Shown here: positions 14,894 to 27,265 of the stretch, piece by piece
How positions within the stretch are numbered: the first letter of the stretch is position 1
Layout of the letters: each line of letters starts with the position of its first letter
From: the human T2T-CHM13v2.0 reference genome, Homo sapiens
DNA length: 64,000 nt
Strand: one strand, 5' to 3'
Assembly: GCF_009914755.1 (NCBI RefSeq)
Contig: NC_060935.1
Program-made: the position numbers and the translations under genes
Notes under the pieces: generated by a model
Told to the model about the DNA's origin: nothing
Seen by the model: only the letters and a program-made list of their open reading frames with translations
Database searches by the model: none

Positions 14894-15588
14894 GTAAGAG
14901 GCCGGGGCTGTCTTGGCCCTACAGTTGACATTTTGAAAACCAAAGCCATAGTTAACTCTAGCAAGGACTTGACATTATATATTTTGTCTCAGGATTTATA
15001 CTCTGCTAACAATGAGCTTCCATAAACTTTCACATCCCTACCTTTTTCTAAGTGGAAATAAGTAAGCATGGGAGCCTCTTAAGCTCTGAAGATGGTTCGG
15101 CTGCTGAGACATACTGAATTGGTTTAACTAGACACTGGGTGAGTTAATGCAGCCAGTTCAGGCTATTCAACAGCATGGGTTTATGAGCTGTGGGTGTATG
15201 GTGAGTTGATGTTGTCCCTGACTTAGGGAATATTTATAAACAAGGGCAGAGGTATCCCCTGGACATGTTAGGGACAGCGCTTTAATGGACAGAGGGTGAA
15301 AGATCAGGAAAGGCAGGGGGTTCTTTCCCCCCAGACATATCAGTGATTGGCTGGCTTTGCTTTATCCTGGGTAAATTTAGACTGCTTTGCAAATGAGTAA
15401 AATTATTGACATTTCCTAAAAGGCTCACGGTACATTAGTAGACTATATTATTTTTATAAAAAGCTCTTTCCTCTGCCTCCCCAAGGGAAAAGTGAACCAG
15501 CTCTTCAGAGGAGGAGAGCATCTTAAACAGACGAGATGGATGAGCTGGCTCTTGGCTTGCAGGCTAATCTTGCTGATCTCTCTCTTAG

Positions 15589-16291
15589 GAAAAACAGACG
15601 ACGCAAAGGTGTCTGAGAAAGGAAGGCTTTCTCCTAAAGCCTCCCAGGTGAAGCGCTCCCCATCAGATGCAGGCCGGAGCAGTGGTGACGAATCCAAAAA
15701 GCCCCTCCCCAGCAGCTCTAGGACACCTACTGCCAATGCCAACAGCTTTGGGTTCAAGAAGCAGAGTGGTTCCGCCGCCGGCCTGGCCATGATCACAGCC
15801 AGCGGGGTGACTGTCACCAGCAGGTCAGCCACACTGGGCAAAATCCCAAAGTCATCTGCACTCGTCAGTCGGTCTGCTGGTCGGAAGTCAAGTATGGATG
15901 GGGCTCAGAATCAGGATGACGGGTATCTAGCCCTAAGCTCCCGGACAAACCTTCAGTACCGGAGTTTGCCGAGGCCCAGTAAGTCCAACAGCCGGAACGG
16001 GGCTGGGAACAGGTCTAGCACCAGCAGCATAGATTCCAACATTAGCAGCAAGTCCGCAGGCCTGCCAGTGCCCAAACTGAGGGAGCCTTCCAAAACAGCC
16101 CTAGGCAGCTCTCTACCAGGTCTGGTCAACCAAACAGATAAGGAGAAAGGCATCTCATCAGACAACGAGAGTGTGGCTTCCTGTAACTCGGTGAAAGTGA
16201 ATCCGGCAGCCCAGCCTGTGTCCAGTCCGGCTCAGACCAGTCTCCAGCCTGGAGCCAAGTACCCAGATGTGGCCTCTCCCACACTCCGCAG
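15589..16291 (+). CDS. NAV2: NAV2 exon C, 703 nt, phase 1 to 2 (Ser/basic-rich region)
   Basis: ctcttag|GAAAA...CCGCAG|gtaagt; (G)KTDDAK...YRSLPRP...ASPTLR. Confidence 0.95.
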
Positions 16292-16674
16292 GTAAGTGAG
16301 TACATAAATGGTGCAGAGCAGAACCAGAATACAGGGAATGGATTTAGTAATTTCCTGTTTCTTAGTTGAAGCACCCTCTGTTTTTCTCCACTTTAGTCCT
16401 CCAGTAAAGCTGTTTTGTCAGATCAGGCCGGCAGTTTTGCAGTTGACTATTTTCCCATGTTGGGATGAAAAACTTAGGCCTCTGGAATCAATCATCTTAG
16501 AATCAAATCTTAGGTCCATTTTAATTAGCTGCCATATAACCTTTTTTAACAATTCTGCCTTAGTTTCCTCACCTGTAAAATGGGGATGAAGATACTTTTT
16601 TGTCAGGGTTTTTGTAAAGATACATCTTTGTAGCTGTGTCTGGTCGTAGTATGCACTCAATAGAAGTTAGCTAC

Positions 16675-16972
16675 TGCTGGGCACCGTGGCTCACGCCTGT
16701 AATCCCAGCACTTTGGGAGGCCAAGGTGGGCAGATCACGAGGTCAGGAGTTCGAGACCAGCCTGGCCAATATGGTGAAACCCCGTCTCTACTAAAAATAC
16801 AAAAAAATTAGCCTGGCATGGTGGTATGCACCTGTAGTCCCAGCTACTCAGGAAGCTGAGGCAGAAGAATCACTTGAACCCAGGAGGCGGAGGTTGCAGT
16901 GAGCCAAGATCACACCACTGCACTCCAGCCTGGGCAACAGAGCGAGACTCCATCTCAAAAAAAAAAAAAAAA
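16675..16972 (+). mobile_element. Alu (AluSg-like) inserted at the 3' end of a MIR
   Basis: Perfect 13-bp TSD agaagttagctac at 16662 and 16973; MIR core near 16560. Confidence 0.95.
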
Positions 16973-17218
16973 AGAAGTTAGCTACCATCCAATCCAGAAT
17001 GAGGTCTTGATACACCCTTGGACCTAGGTGGGTAGCTCAGGGGAGCAGATACATTTTTTTCTTGTGTTAATAATTCTTCAGCTGAGCTTCCTCATTATGG
17101 CAGGCAGTGATCTTGACCAGCTCCTTCCTTTACTCAAAAAGCCCAGTGTCCCCACATATACTTTTACGCTACTCCGGAATTCCAAGTCAGTCTGAAATTT
17201 TAACTTCCCCCTCCCCAT

Positions 17219-17262
17219 CACACACACACACACACACACAGACACACACACACACACACACA
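17219..17262. repeat. Interrupted (CA)n microsatellite
   Basis: CA run with one GA interruption. Confidence 0.95.
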
Positions 17263-19365
17263 AACCTCTTAAAGAAGAAATATTTCTGAAAAAGAGAAGT
17301 TGATTTCCTGTTACCTTAAATAGACATCATTTCCCCACATTTTCACACTGGGTGGAAGCTCTAGATATAAACAAATTATTCACTTGTTTAAAGTTTCTTT
17401 TAAATTTATTCAACTTTTGCCTGTTCGTATTATCTTATTATAATATCCACTGGACCATTCTCAAACTGCAACTGCTAGGTTACAGTTCATCCTACTTTCC
17501 CAGGAAATTTCTTATCATAAGAAAGAATAAGTCCCAAGAAAAGAAAATCAAGCAGTGAGAAAATAAAAATTATATGCACATGTACATATCTGGGGATGAA
17601 CAGGAATGTTTGAAAAGACTTCAGAAGAAGCATTCCACATGAAAGGTATAATGAAGCAGTTCACTGTTCTTTGTCCAGACTTGATTATTAGAATTTCAGT
17701 AACGATTTTTTTTTCCAGGGGTAAGTCTGTTGTGCTGCTCTTTGTTGTTTTAACAGATTGCCTTGTAAATGAAAATGTTCTCTGTTTCTTGCCTCAAGTA
17801 TTATATGTAATATTCACTCTTTGGTATTATAGATTTCCTTTACTAACTACAAAGGCATTTTACTAGACCCTTAGGCTAGTGTAATGGAATGCTTGAAAAT
17901 GCATGCAGCTCCTACGGCTCTACATTGAACACCTTTTAGCCAATTCCTGGTAAATTACATTTCTTCCTAAATCGTTAAGGTATTCTTAGTTCTCTTGATG
18001 TGTATTAGTATGGTGAAGAAAAATCTTTGGTGAATTTGATAGATAACTCTCTTCAAATGATTTCAAGGACTAACAGACCAAAGATTAGACTTTTGTATGT
18101 AGTCATGCATAGCAGAATGAGGAGCAATATGCAAAAGTCAGAAAAAAAAGTGGATGAGATTTGGGTTTCCTAATAATTGGAAGTGCTTGGCAATGGAACA
18201 AGTTACCCTTTGAAGTAACGAGGTCCCTGTCATCACTGGAAGTATGTAAGCATTCTAAAGCCAAGATTCTACATTAGGATATTTCATTCCCTGTTGTCAC
18301 CAGGCACAAAGTGTTTCCTTTCTGCCACCACCCACTGTAGTAAGGATTGATTGATTGATTGTCTTTACAATACTTGAGATTTATAGGACTGTCTAGAGAG
18401 GGCAGAGATCAAACTGTCACGACTTTGAGCACCCAAGGCCACCTGCATGTCAGAAATACATAGTAGTTTTGTCACTTGTGAGATACTTACTCAACACAGG
18501 TTTCAGTGAGTGTAATAGAGCCTTTGCATTACTAGAATGTGGACAATTCTCTGACTTAAAGATAATTTCAACATTCTACCAGAGAGTTCTCTGCCAGTGG
18601 AAGAGGGGGCATTTATGTCATTCCTTGTAGTCTGATGGCACATTTTTGGCCACGAGCAGGGGAGATGACATAGAATGGCATTTCTGTGTGTCTGTCACAG
18701 AGACACAGTTCCCACCCAGTGTGTCTGGTCTAATGTCTTGTGAACCAAGCAAGATTTCCATGTATGTCACTGGATAAGTAAGCTCTCTGGCTTCAAAAGA
18801 TACATCTTTCCAGTTGCGTTTTCTATTGTGGATAAATCTCTGAAGACATTTTTCCTAGGCCCCCTCCAGATCTAAATTCATGCTCTTGATTCTATGTATT
18901 GTGCTCAGAGGTCAAGAAACCAAATCCCTTAGAGTTGAGCTGTCATAAACTGTGTGCCTGCTTTATGCCTGGGGCCGCAGAGACAGAGATGATGAAGACA
19001 ACCATCTTCCTGGGCCAGGGCAGTTTTCTAGTTAGTCTATCTATTGAAAGAAAGGGAAGCAAGATCTTGGCCCAGTGTCATGTGAATAGGCCTGTAGAAA
19101 ATTATTACTCATGGCTCTTTGGCTCAGATGGAGTCAGAGTCTCAGCTGCAGCTTAGAATTTGAAGACGGCAGCCTGTGATGCACTAGTGTCTAGGCCCAC
19201 TTTATGGCTGACCTTTCCCTGAAGTACCGTTAGCCATTTCAGTAGGAATGGCTGTGCTTCCTTCCCCAGGAATTCTCACCAACTCCTCTGCCCTACCCTT
19301 CTTTAACAGTCCGGTGCCCCTTGGCACTGGGTGTTCAACCTACACAACCCTTTGTCTCTTCACAG

Positions 19366-19833
19366 ACTCTTTGGTGGGAAGCCTACCAAGCAAGTGCCCA
19401 TCGCCACAGCTGAAAACATGAAAAATTCGGTGGTCATCTCCAATCCTCATGCCACCATGACTCAGCAAGGTAACCTAGACTCCCCGTCAGGCAGTGGCGT
19501 CCTGAGCAGTGGGAGCAGCAGTCCTCTCTACAGCAAGAATGTGGACCTCAACCAGTCTCCGCTAGCCTCCAGCCCCAGCTCAGCCCACTCGGCCCCTTCC
19601 AACAGCCTCACCTGGGGCACCAACGCCAGCAGCTCCTCCGCAGTTAGCAAGGATGGCCTGGGCTTTCAGTCTGTCAGCAGCCTCCACACCAGCTGTGAGT
19701 CCATCGACATCTCCCTCAGCAGTGGAGGGGTCCCCAGCCACAATTCTTCCACTGGCCTCATCGCCTCCTCCAAGGACGACTCCTTGACTCCCTTTGTCAG
19801 AACTAACAGTGTGAAGACCACACTGTCAGAAAG
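19366..19833 (+). CDS. NAV2: NAV2 exon D, 468 nt, phase 2 to 2
   Basis: tcacag|ACTCTTT...GAAAG|gttggt; (R)LFGGKPTKQVP...KTTLSE. Confidence 0.93.
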
Positions 19834-20473
19834 GTTGGTGCTGTGCCTCTGGCTGCCTTTCTCAGAAAGACACCCTTCCAAAAATAAAAAGATTAGCTTA
19901 GGAATCCCAAATGTCGAATAGCCTTTGCCTGTAAGATTTCTCTCTTTCTAATTACTGCTGTCTTTCATGGGGAAGCCACTTCAGGATGGAATCAAGCTTG
20001 GCTCTGCTCCCTGTTATCTTTTCCTCTGTGGTTATTTTTGGTGCTTGGAGCTGCTCAGTCTCTCGGGGGCAGATTTATGCTACCATTTGAAATGGCATTC
20101 AGCTTTTGAAATCCTTCAGTTTTATCCTGTTTGTTCATCAACAGCTTCTTTTCCCTCCCCTTGTAATTGTGCAAGCAGAGCAGGTGACTGGGTGCAGACA
20201 TGGAGTGTTTAGTAGGATGCTCTTTAGACAGCTGGGTAGGTTTGTTGTCATTGTGGCAAACACCCTCCTCCTGGACTGATAGGAAATCAAGAAATTAAAA
20301 GTGTTCTCAGAGCCCTGGATTTCTCTGCAGCAGGGATAAATGTGTCCAGTTTCTGCATATAGGGAAGAAAGCGAGGATCAGCATGGGGAATGAAAAAAAT
20401 GTATATAACAACACCTCTCCTTTCTTCCAAGCTAACGTTCCTTCTCTTGTTTTCTACCTGCCTGGACTTCTAG

Positions 20474-20539
20474 CCCTCTCTCTTCCCCTGCTGCTAGCCC
20501 TAAGTTCTGCAGAAGTACTCTGCCCAGGAAACAGGACAG
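20474..20539 (+). CDS. NAV2: NAV2 exon E, 66 nt, symmetric phase 2
   Basis: cttctag|CCCTCTC...GGACAG|gtaatg; (S)PLSSPAASPKFCRSTLPRKQD. Confidence 0.88.
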
Positions 20540-21926
20540 GTAATGACATTGCAGGCCGGGGACCAACCGAGCCTCTAGGTTCTTCTGCCCATTCGTTGTC
20601 AAGCCAGATGTCTTGTGCGAGGCTGTTGGCCTAAGCCACCTGCTTGTGTTTGTGGCTCTAGTGTACTCTGTGACACATGGACATGCCAGTGAGAGTCTGT
20701 TCCTCTGTCTGCTAAAGCCCAGGGAGAGGTGGAGTTGGGCTGGCCTCTTCATTCCCATTTTGGGAAGGCGACCTTAAACCCTGCCACTTGATCTGGGGCA
20801 GCGGAAGCTCTCGCTTGCATCTCTTGTGGCCTCCTGTGGCATGTTCCTGCTTTTCAGCTTCCTTCCCATTCCTTTTGCCACCCCCAACCCCAAGCCCAGA
20901 AATGACCTGCCACCCACTGTGTAGCTTGGCCCTCACCTTTGTCTACCCCTCCCCATGCAGCTGCCTCTTCTCCCTTTCAAAATCCTTTGCTGAAGTTTGG
21001 CTCATTATGTCTTGCAGACTGTTGTGTTCTGTGTGCCCATTTCCTGCGATGATAATGAAAAAGAATGTGTAGAGTATTAAGACTTTACAAATGTACACGC
21101 TTGTGTTTGCCCCCAGCTGTAGGTGGGCCTCAGAGATGGATACTGTCCTTAATTTTGTGGGGGAGTGATGACCTGGCCAAACATAACAAACAGATGTTGT
21201 CTCCTGCCAGAAAAAAAAAAAAAAAAAAACCTTCACCCCATCAACAGTGAAAACTTTGTTTTTGTCAGCTCACAAACCAAGCCTTTAAACCGTTGGTCTT
21301 TAGAAATCCAAGTGCTTTGACTTCATCAGCCAGCAAGTTGTAACATGCCCCACCCAGGACTCAGCTCCTAGCTATGCCTGGGCCGCAGAAATTGAGAGGG
21401 ACCTGGAATTCACTTCGTTACAGATGAATTCCAAATATGCAGACTGCTGGCCTCTTGAAACCTCCAACAAGTCCGTTCTCCCATTTGAAGTCATTGCCAG
21501 TGGCATTTAGGGGGTGGGCCAGAGTTAGGGGTGCAGGGAAGTGGGCATCCCTCTCTCTGAGAAGCCGTGTTGGTGCAGAGAGTGCCCCTGGGCAGTAGAA
21601 GGCACAGGACCTCTGCTTTGAGGTGGAGCAACCCCTGAATTTTGCTTTGAATCTGTGGAAAACGAGGAACAATTGGGGTTAAGGGACTCAGGCCTCCTGG
21701 TGACCTGGGGTAAAGTATGCGCTGGTGTCAGCTCAGGCTGAGGATTGGGTTTCTTTTGTTTTCCACGGATGTGGATGTGTTGCATTGCACGCCTAGCTGG
21801 ATAAGGCACTTCCCGGTGATGTGCACCTCTTTCTCCAGGGCCCTTCAGTCCCCTCCCTAGCTTTCCCTCTTTCTGCCTTCTGTGTGCTGCTCTGAAGTTC
21901 TTATTTTTGTTTTAACTTTCCTACAG

Positions 21927-21971
21927 TGACCCGCACCTTGATAGGAACACTTTGCCTAAGAAAGGACTCAG
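21927..21971 (+). CDS. NAV2: NAV2 exon F, 45 nt, symmetric phase 2
   Basis: ttcctacag|TGAC...ACTCAG|gtatct; (S)DPHLDRNTLPKKGL. Confidence 0.9.
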
Positions 21972-23572
21972 GTATCTGTGTTTCCTCCTTGCATCTGTGC
22001 CATCTGTTGTGGCTTTGGAGCTTGGCTGTGTGACTCCTTCATGGCTGGTGGGGGTTTGGGCTGGGCTGGGGTCCCCGCTTTGACCACCACAGCAGGACCT
22101 TTTGGATGACGGCTCCCCTTGCACCCTCTCGTTCTCACTCTCCATTTGTCAGCTTATTTGCTTGAGCAGGGGCTGTGCTTTTTCAGGCTTAATGTGGTAA
22201 AACCATCTCATGAAAAACATCCCTGGGCAAGCCCAAGGAGCAGTCATTACTGCTTCTGGGGCCAATGGGTTTAATTTCTGAGCACTTCACCATGACCATT
22301 CTGTTAACATGGCTGTCTTCCAAGAGAAAGGACATGACTTATAGCATACTGATTTGTAAGCTAGGACAAGAGCACAGGAGGCAAGGAATATTTTCCCCCA
22401 ATTTGAAAATATTTAACTTTTCTGCCCATAAAAAATTGCTAGACAGATACTTTGCCCTTGTCTAAATATTCTAATGGAAAATTGGTCCACTTTCATTGCC
22501 CAACAAGACATGGGTGTGATCATTTTTTGGTGGATAATAAAGAAAAGACTCCCAGGAAGGACTGTCCTTCCATTCCTGGTAAGTGGTGGCTCAGGTTCGT
22601 TTTTGGTGCTAGTCCTGGCAAAACAAGATGCTATAAGTCACCATTGCTCACACCATCTATATCACTTTGCCAATCAGAGAAAATTCAGTTTGCTAATGCC
22701 TCCCCTGTGATCTTGCTGTCTTATGGTTGCAGCCGTCATTTCTTCTGCTTTCTAAACACCACATGCCCTGTAGCATCAGCTTCACCCTGCACTAAGCATT
22801 AAGTGCTTTCGCATAAAATGGGACTTGGAATGAAATGTTTCATTGCTGTCATGTATGTCTATAGTTAATAACCTGCAGCTCTTAAGACTGAGAGCATTTT
22901 GAACAGTAATGTGAGGTAGGTATCAATGCTTCCTTTCAATGGGATCCTCTGAGTAAAGCCAGTTCTAAGAATCTAAGAAGGAAAGTATTAAAATCTCCCA
23001 ACAGTCATCCTGCAGGAAGTTGTTGAGCAGTGTGGCCTTAGAGGGGGCCTTGGCAAGGCCTTTTGTACTTACCAGTTTCAATCGTGCCTATGAGCTGCTT
23101 GTCAGCAACCATGCCAGATGCTTAAATCATGGCCACTCTCACTGTGAGTTTGACTTTGATGCCCCACTGGTGCCCTGAGAGAAAGCTAACTTCTAAATGT
23201 TAACATTGTGAAATGGTGTGTATACTTCTGTAGCAGATCTAGCCTATCAAAATTATGTAGCTCTGGTTTTTTAAAAATTCAGAATAGAGATACATGACAG
23301 GCTATTTTCAGGCAATTGATGTGTCCTGGAAAGTTGCATGTCTGTCAGATATAGTAAAAACATTAAGGAGAAAACATTTCTGTGCTCCCTCTCACTCTGA
23401 TTCTTCCTGTGTAGCTCACCCACTCCATACACATGAACATCCAGTACGAACACACTGACAACATCTTTCCTTAAGCCCAAAGAATCCCCCTATTGACATA
23501 ATCAGTAGTCACTCCATAATATATAAGTCCGAGGATACCCTGGCCACTTGGCACTCAGAAATTTCAGATGCA

Positions 23573-23902
<330 letters not shown>

Positions 23903-24716
23903 TTATGGGCATAATGAAAAGAACATGCATTTTAAAATCAAACATGGATTGAAATCTCAACTCTGTGACTACCAGCAGGGTTCTTACCTTCCCTGAATGT
24001 AAAATAGGAATAATGGCATCTGCATTGCTGAGTAGGTCTGAGGCTTTGGTAAGATAATGCACATGAAGGCACCTAGCACATTGTAGATGTTCAATAAATC
24101 ATCACCATATACATTTCAGAATAAATGAGGTGGTGGACCACATAACTTCTGAAGACCCTCTCCTATAAAACTCAACAATTTGGGGTTGCTTTTATGAAGA
24201 TTTGTTTGTGCTCTATTACAGCAACTACTATAAGCATCAGTGTCCTCAAACCTTGCTTTGTATGTCTGCTTTTTCATATGCTGTGATTCATGGTCATTTA
24301 TTTGTGTTGTAGAATGGCAGATGCCATGAGTTGTCTAATTAAAACTCCCTCAAAGCTCTAACAGCAGCTCATTTTGTTGCTTCAGTCCTGTCAAGGTGGG
24401 GGCTTTGACGTGACACTGTCATGAAGCAACATGTTACAGATACGCCCAGTGACGGCTCTTCTGAGCATTTACCAATCTTCTTCCCTTTATGTGTTCCCTC
24501 CAAACTGAAAGGGAGTAGTCATTTTCCCCAAACACAGCCAAATAGAAAAAAGGTTTTGAGAAACTTCATAAGTTTCAGGACGTGTAGTGATCTGATTTTA
24601 AAAAAAATCATCTTCGGATATATGTTTTCTTTTTATATATTTACCATCAGCTCCACAGAGTTCTTTTTAATAAGCATTGTTCATAGTTAATTCCGGCTTG
24701 ATTTCTGTCTGTCCAG

Positions 24717-24877
24717 GTATACTCCCACCTCCCAGCTTCGCACGCAAGAAGATGCAAAAGAATGGTTACGGTCCCATTCTGCAGGAGGCCTTCAGGACAC
24801 CGCTGCCAATTCCCCCTTTTCCTCTGGCTCCAGCGTGACTTCTCCCTCCGGAACAAGATTCAACTTTTCCCAGCTTG
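24717..24877 (+). CDS. NAV2: NAV2 exon G, 161 nt, phase 2 to 1
   Basis: gtccag|GTATACT...CAGCTTG|gtgagt; (R)YTPTSQLRTQEDAKEWLRSHSAGGLQD...FSQL. Confidence 0.93.
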
Positions 24878-24939
24878 GTGAGTAGCCACTTGTCATTACC
24901 TATGTTGATCAGCTCCACAGGGCAGTGGTTATCTTATAT

Positions 24940-25046
24940 ACATAACATATTTTTATTTCAATAGTTTTTGGGGAGCAGGTGGTTTTGGTTACATGGGTAA
25001 GTTCTTTAGTGGTGATTTCTGAGATTTTGGTGCACCCATCACTTGA
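24940..25046 (-). mobile_element. Very short L1 (L1PB-like) 3'-end insertion
   Basis: ttttatttcaatagtttttgggg...gagattttggtgcacccatcac; flanked by gttatctta at 24928 and 25047. Confidence 0.75.
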
Positions 25047-26405
25047 GTTATCTTACATTTTGAAATAGACATATAGTCACATCCCGCTCAGTGTCTGATT
25101 AGCCCTCGGCAATATAGATCGATTACAGGGGATTGACGGAAAAATAAATAGAGAAAATAGTAAAGTTTTTGATACTGTAATCAATAATTTTCTTTATTTG
25201 GTTGATATTGGTAGGGCTATAGCAAAGAACATGTTATCCCATTCTTAAAAAGAATGCATTCTTTTTCTAAGACCTCTGAAGAAATAGATTTTATCGCATA
25301 TCCCATGTTAGGTCATCCTCATTGCTTTATTAAGTTGGAAATAAAAGTTAAGTTTTGATTGAATAGGTATTCTTAACAATGCCTACTTCTGACATAATGC
25401 TTTGACTGGCACAGTGGGGAAAGGAAAAGAATTTGTGTCACAGTCCCTGCTGACATGTCAATGGAATTCTTTTTCAGGAAGACAAACACATCAATGCACA
25501 CCTATATAATAGAGTAAAAGAGAACAATCCAGAGCTTTATATGAAATCATGTAAAAGCTGAATATAATTAGATAGCAAGCATTAGACACATTTAGAAAAA
25601 GGAAAGATTAGTGCTGGCTGAAGTTATAGGCAGAGGTTATGTGAAGGTAGCAGAGTAGGAGCTGAGCCTTGAAGGACTGATAGAGGGTGAGAAATCTTTT
25701 CTAATCTCATCTCACTCTTTAGAGAGGCAGGCTTTTCTGAATATAGTGAATAACAAATTCAGAGTCTTTAAGGATAGAGGTGGCTTGTAATCAAGTGAGG
25801 TTTAACACTTCATTTCTGATTGACTAAATGAGTACCTCTGAAAATATTGCACATGACTCAAATGGACAGGATTTTCATAAGAAAGCTAGTTTTAGCTGAG
25901 ACAAATGTACCTTCCTTGCATTGAAACTCTTTATATACCATTATTAAATGTCCCCCATCTGAGGCAATGGGATCTGTGTTCATACTGTTCTTTCCCAGCC
26001 ATAACTCTTTGAGGCAAGAGATTCTTGTCATGCACAAATGCTTCCCATCTGATCAAAAGCCTGATTGGACTATTTTGGGCTTTTGGCTTTAGAGAAAATC
26101 ATTCCAGATGAGCCTGGGGAGTAATTAGCTCATGCCTGGAAGGTGATACTGGCCTGTCTGAACGTGCCAAGTTGGAAAGCTGAGGCCCAGAGCCTTGCTT
26201 TGGAGCTGACCTGCCTTTTTACTCTTATTTTTAGCTCCCGGTGTGTAACTCAAATGCTGATGGGACTACCTTTTAGAAAACAGATGGGAGAAGAGTTGGC
26301 AGAAACACATGTGGCTAAAAATAAGCAGTCTTCTCTTTGTCCCCAACCAGGATTTGAACAGAGACATGAATGTCTAACCTTTTGATTCTATTCCTTTTAT
26401 TCCAG

Positions 26406-26594
26406 CGAGTCCCACCACTGTCACCCAGATGAGCTTGTCCAACCCGACCATGCTGAGGACTCACAGCCTCTCCAATGCTGATGGGCAGTATGATCCATAC
26501 ACTGACAGCCGCTTCCGGAATAGCTCCATGTCCCTGGATGAGAAGAGCAGAACCATGAGCCGTTCAGGCTCATTCCGGGATGGGTTTGAAGAAG
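26406..26594 (+). CDS. NAV2: NAV2 exon H, 189 nt, symmetric phase 1
   Basis: attccag|CGAGT...GAAGAAG|gtaagg; (A)SPTTVTQMSLSNP...SGSFRDGFEE. Confidence 0.93.
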
Positions 26595-26628
26595 GTAAGG
26601 AAGGAAAGGAAGAAGGTAAGGAAGGAAA
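26588..26628 (+). repeat. 21-bp-period tandem duplication spanning the exon H donor
   Basis: gaagaaggtaaggaaggaaa at 26588 and 26609. Confidence 0.95.
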
Positions 26629-27166
26629 CTTCCATCTCCCAGGTTACTCAGTGTAGTTAAGGGTCCTCTATGCTAAGTTCACTTCCTTAACCTGAGAGCC
26701 CACCTATAAGTGCTCCCACCTCTCCCACCTACTCTGGGGGTCAGGGGTGGGGATCTCTGAAGAGTAAGGTCTGGCCTGACCCTTAATTAACCTTCCAGGC
26801 CTTTGAGGAAGAGGCTGCTTAAAAATCACTGGTGAACCATAGAGCTGACTGAGGTCCGCTTTAGGCTTCTCCCTCCTGGACTTGGGCCACAGCTTCTTGG
26901 CATGCGCCTCCACCTTGAGGCTCAGCCACCGGCTCACCATCTTGGCAGAGAGAACTACTGGAGAGTTCATTTCCCTGTGCTGACATGCCCCTGTAGCTCT
27001 GGGGGCCGGGCAGCCACGCCTTTCTGCTCTGCTCCAGAATTTTTCATCTCCTTTCTCAAGCACTGGGTTTTTAAGTGTATTGTTTTCAGTTATGCCCTTT
27101 TCTTTCTTTGGTTGCTAACTGAGAATATTTGGGGTTGGATTTTTATGTTTGGTTCATTTTAATCAG

Positions 27167-27265
27167 AATCATGGGAGAAAAGTTCTGTGGACAACTTTGT
27201 CAGCCGTCTTCACAGCTCACTTCATTTCTCTCTTCCTTTGTTCCATCACGCAAGGTATGAGTTAG
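27167..27265 (+). CDS. NAV2: NAV2 exon I, 99 nt, symmetric phase 1 (likely cassette)
   Basis: taatcag|AATCATGG...GAGTTAG|gtgagt; (E)SWEKSSVDNFVSRLHSSLHFSLPLFHHARYEL. Confidence 0.82.
   Translation, partial: NHGRKVLWTTLSAVFTAHFISLFLCSITQGMS

Noticed and set aside
15563-15588. Upstream acceptor ttgcag for exon C
   Set aside because: Adds 26 nt and shifts the frame; the downstream AG has the better pyrimidine tract
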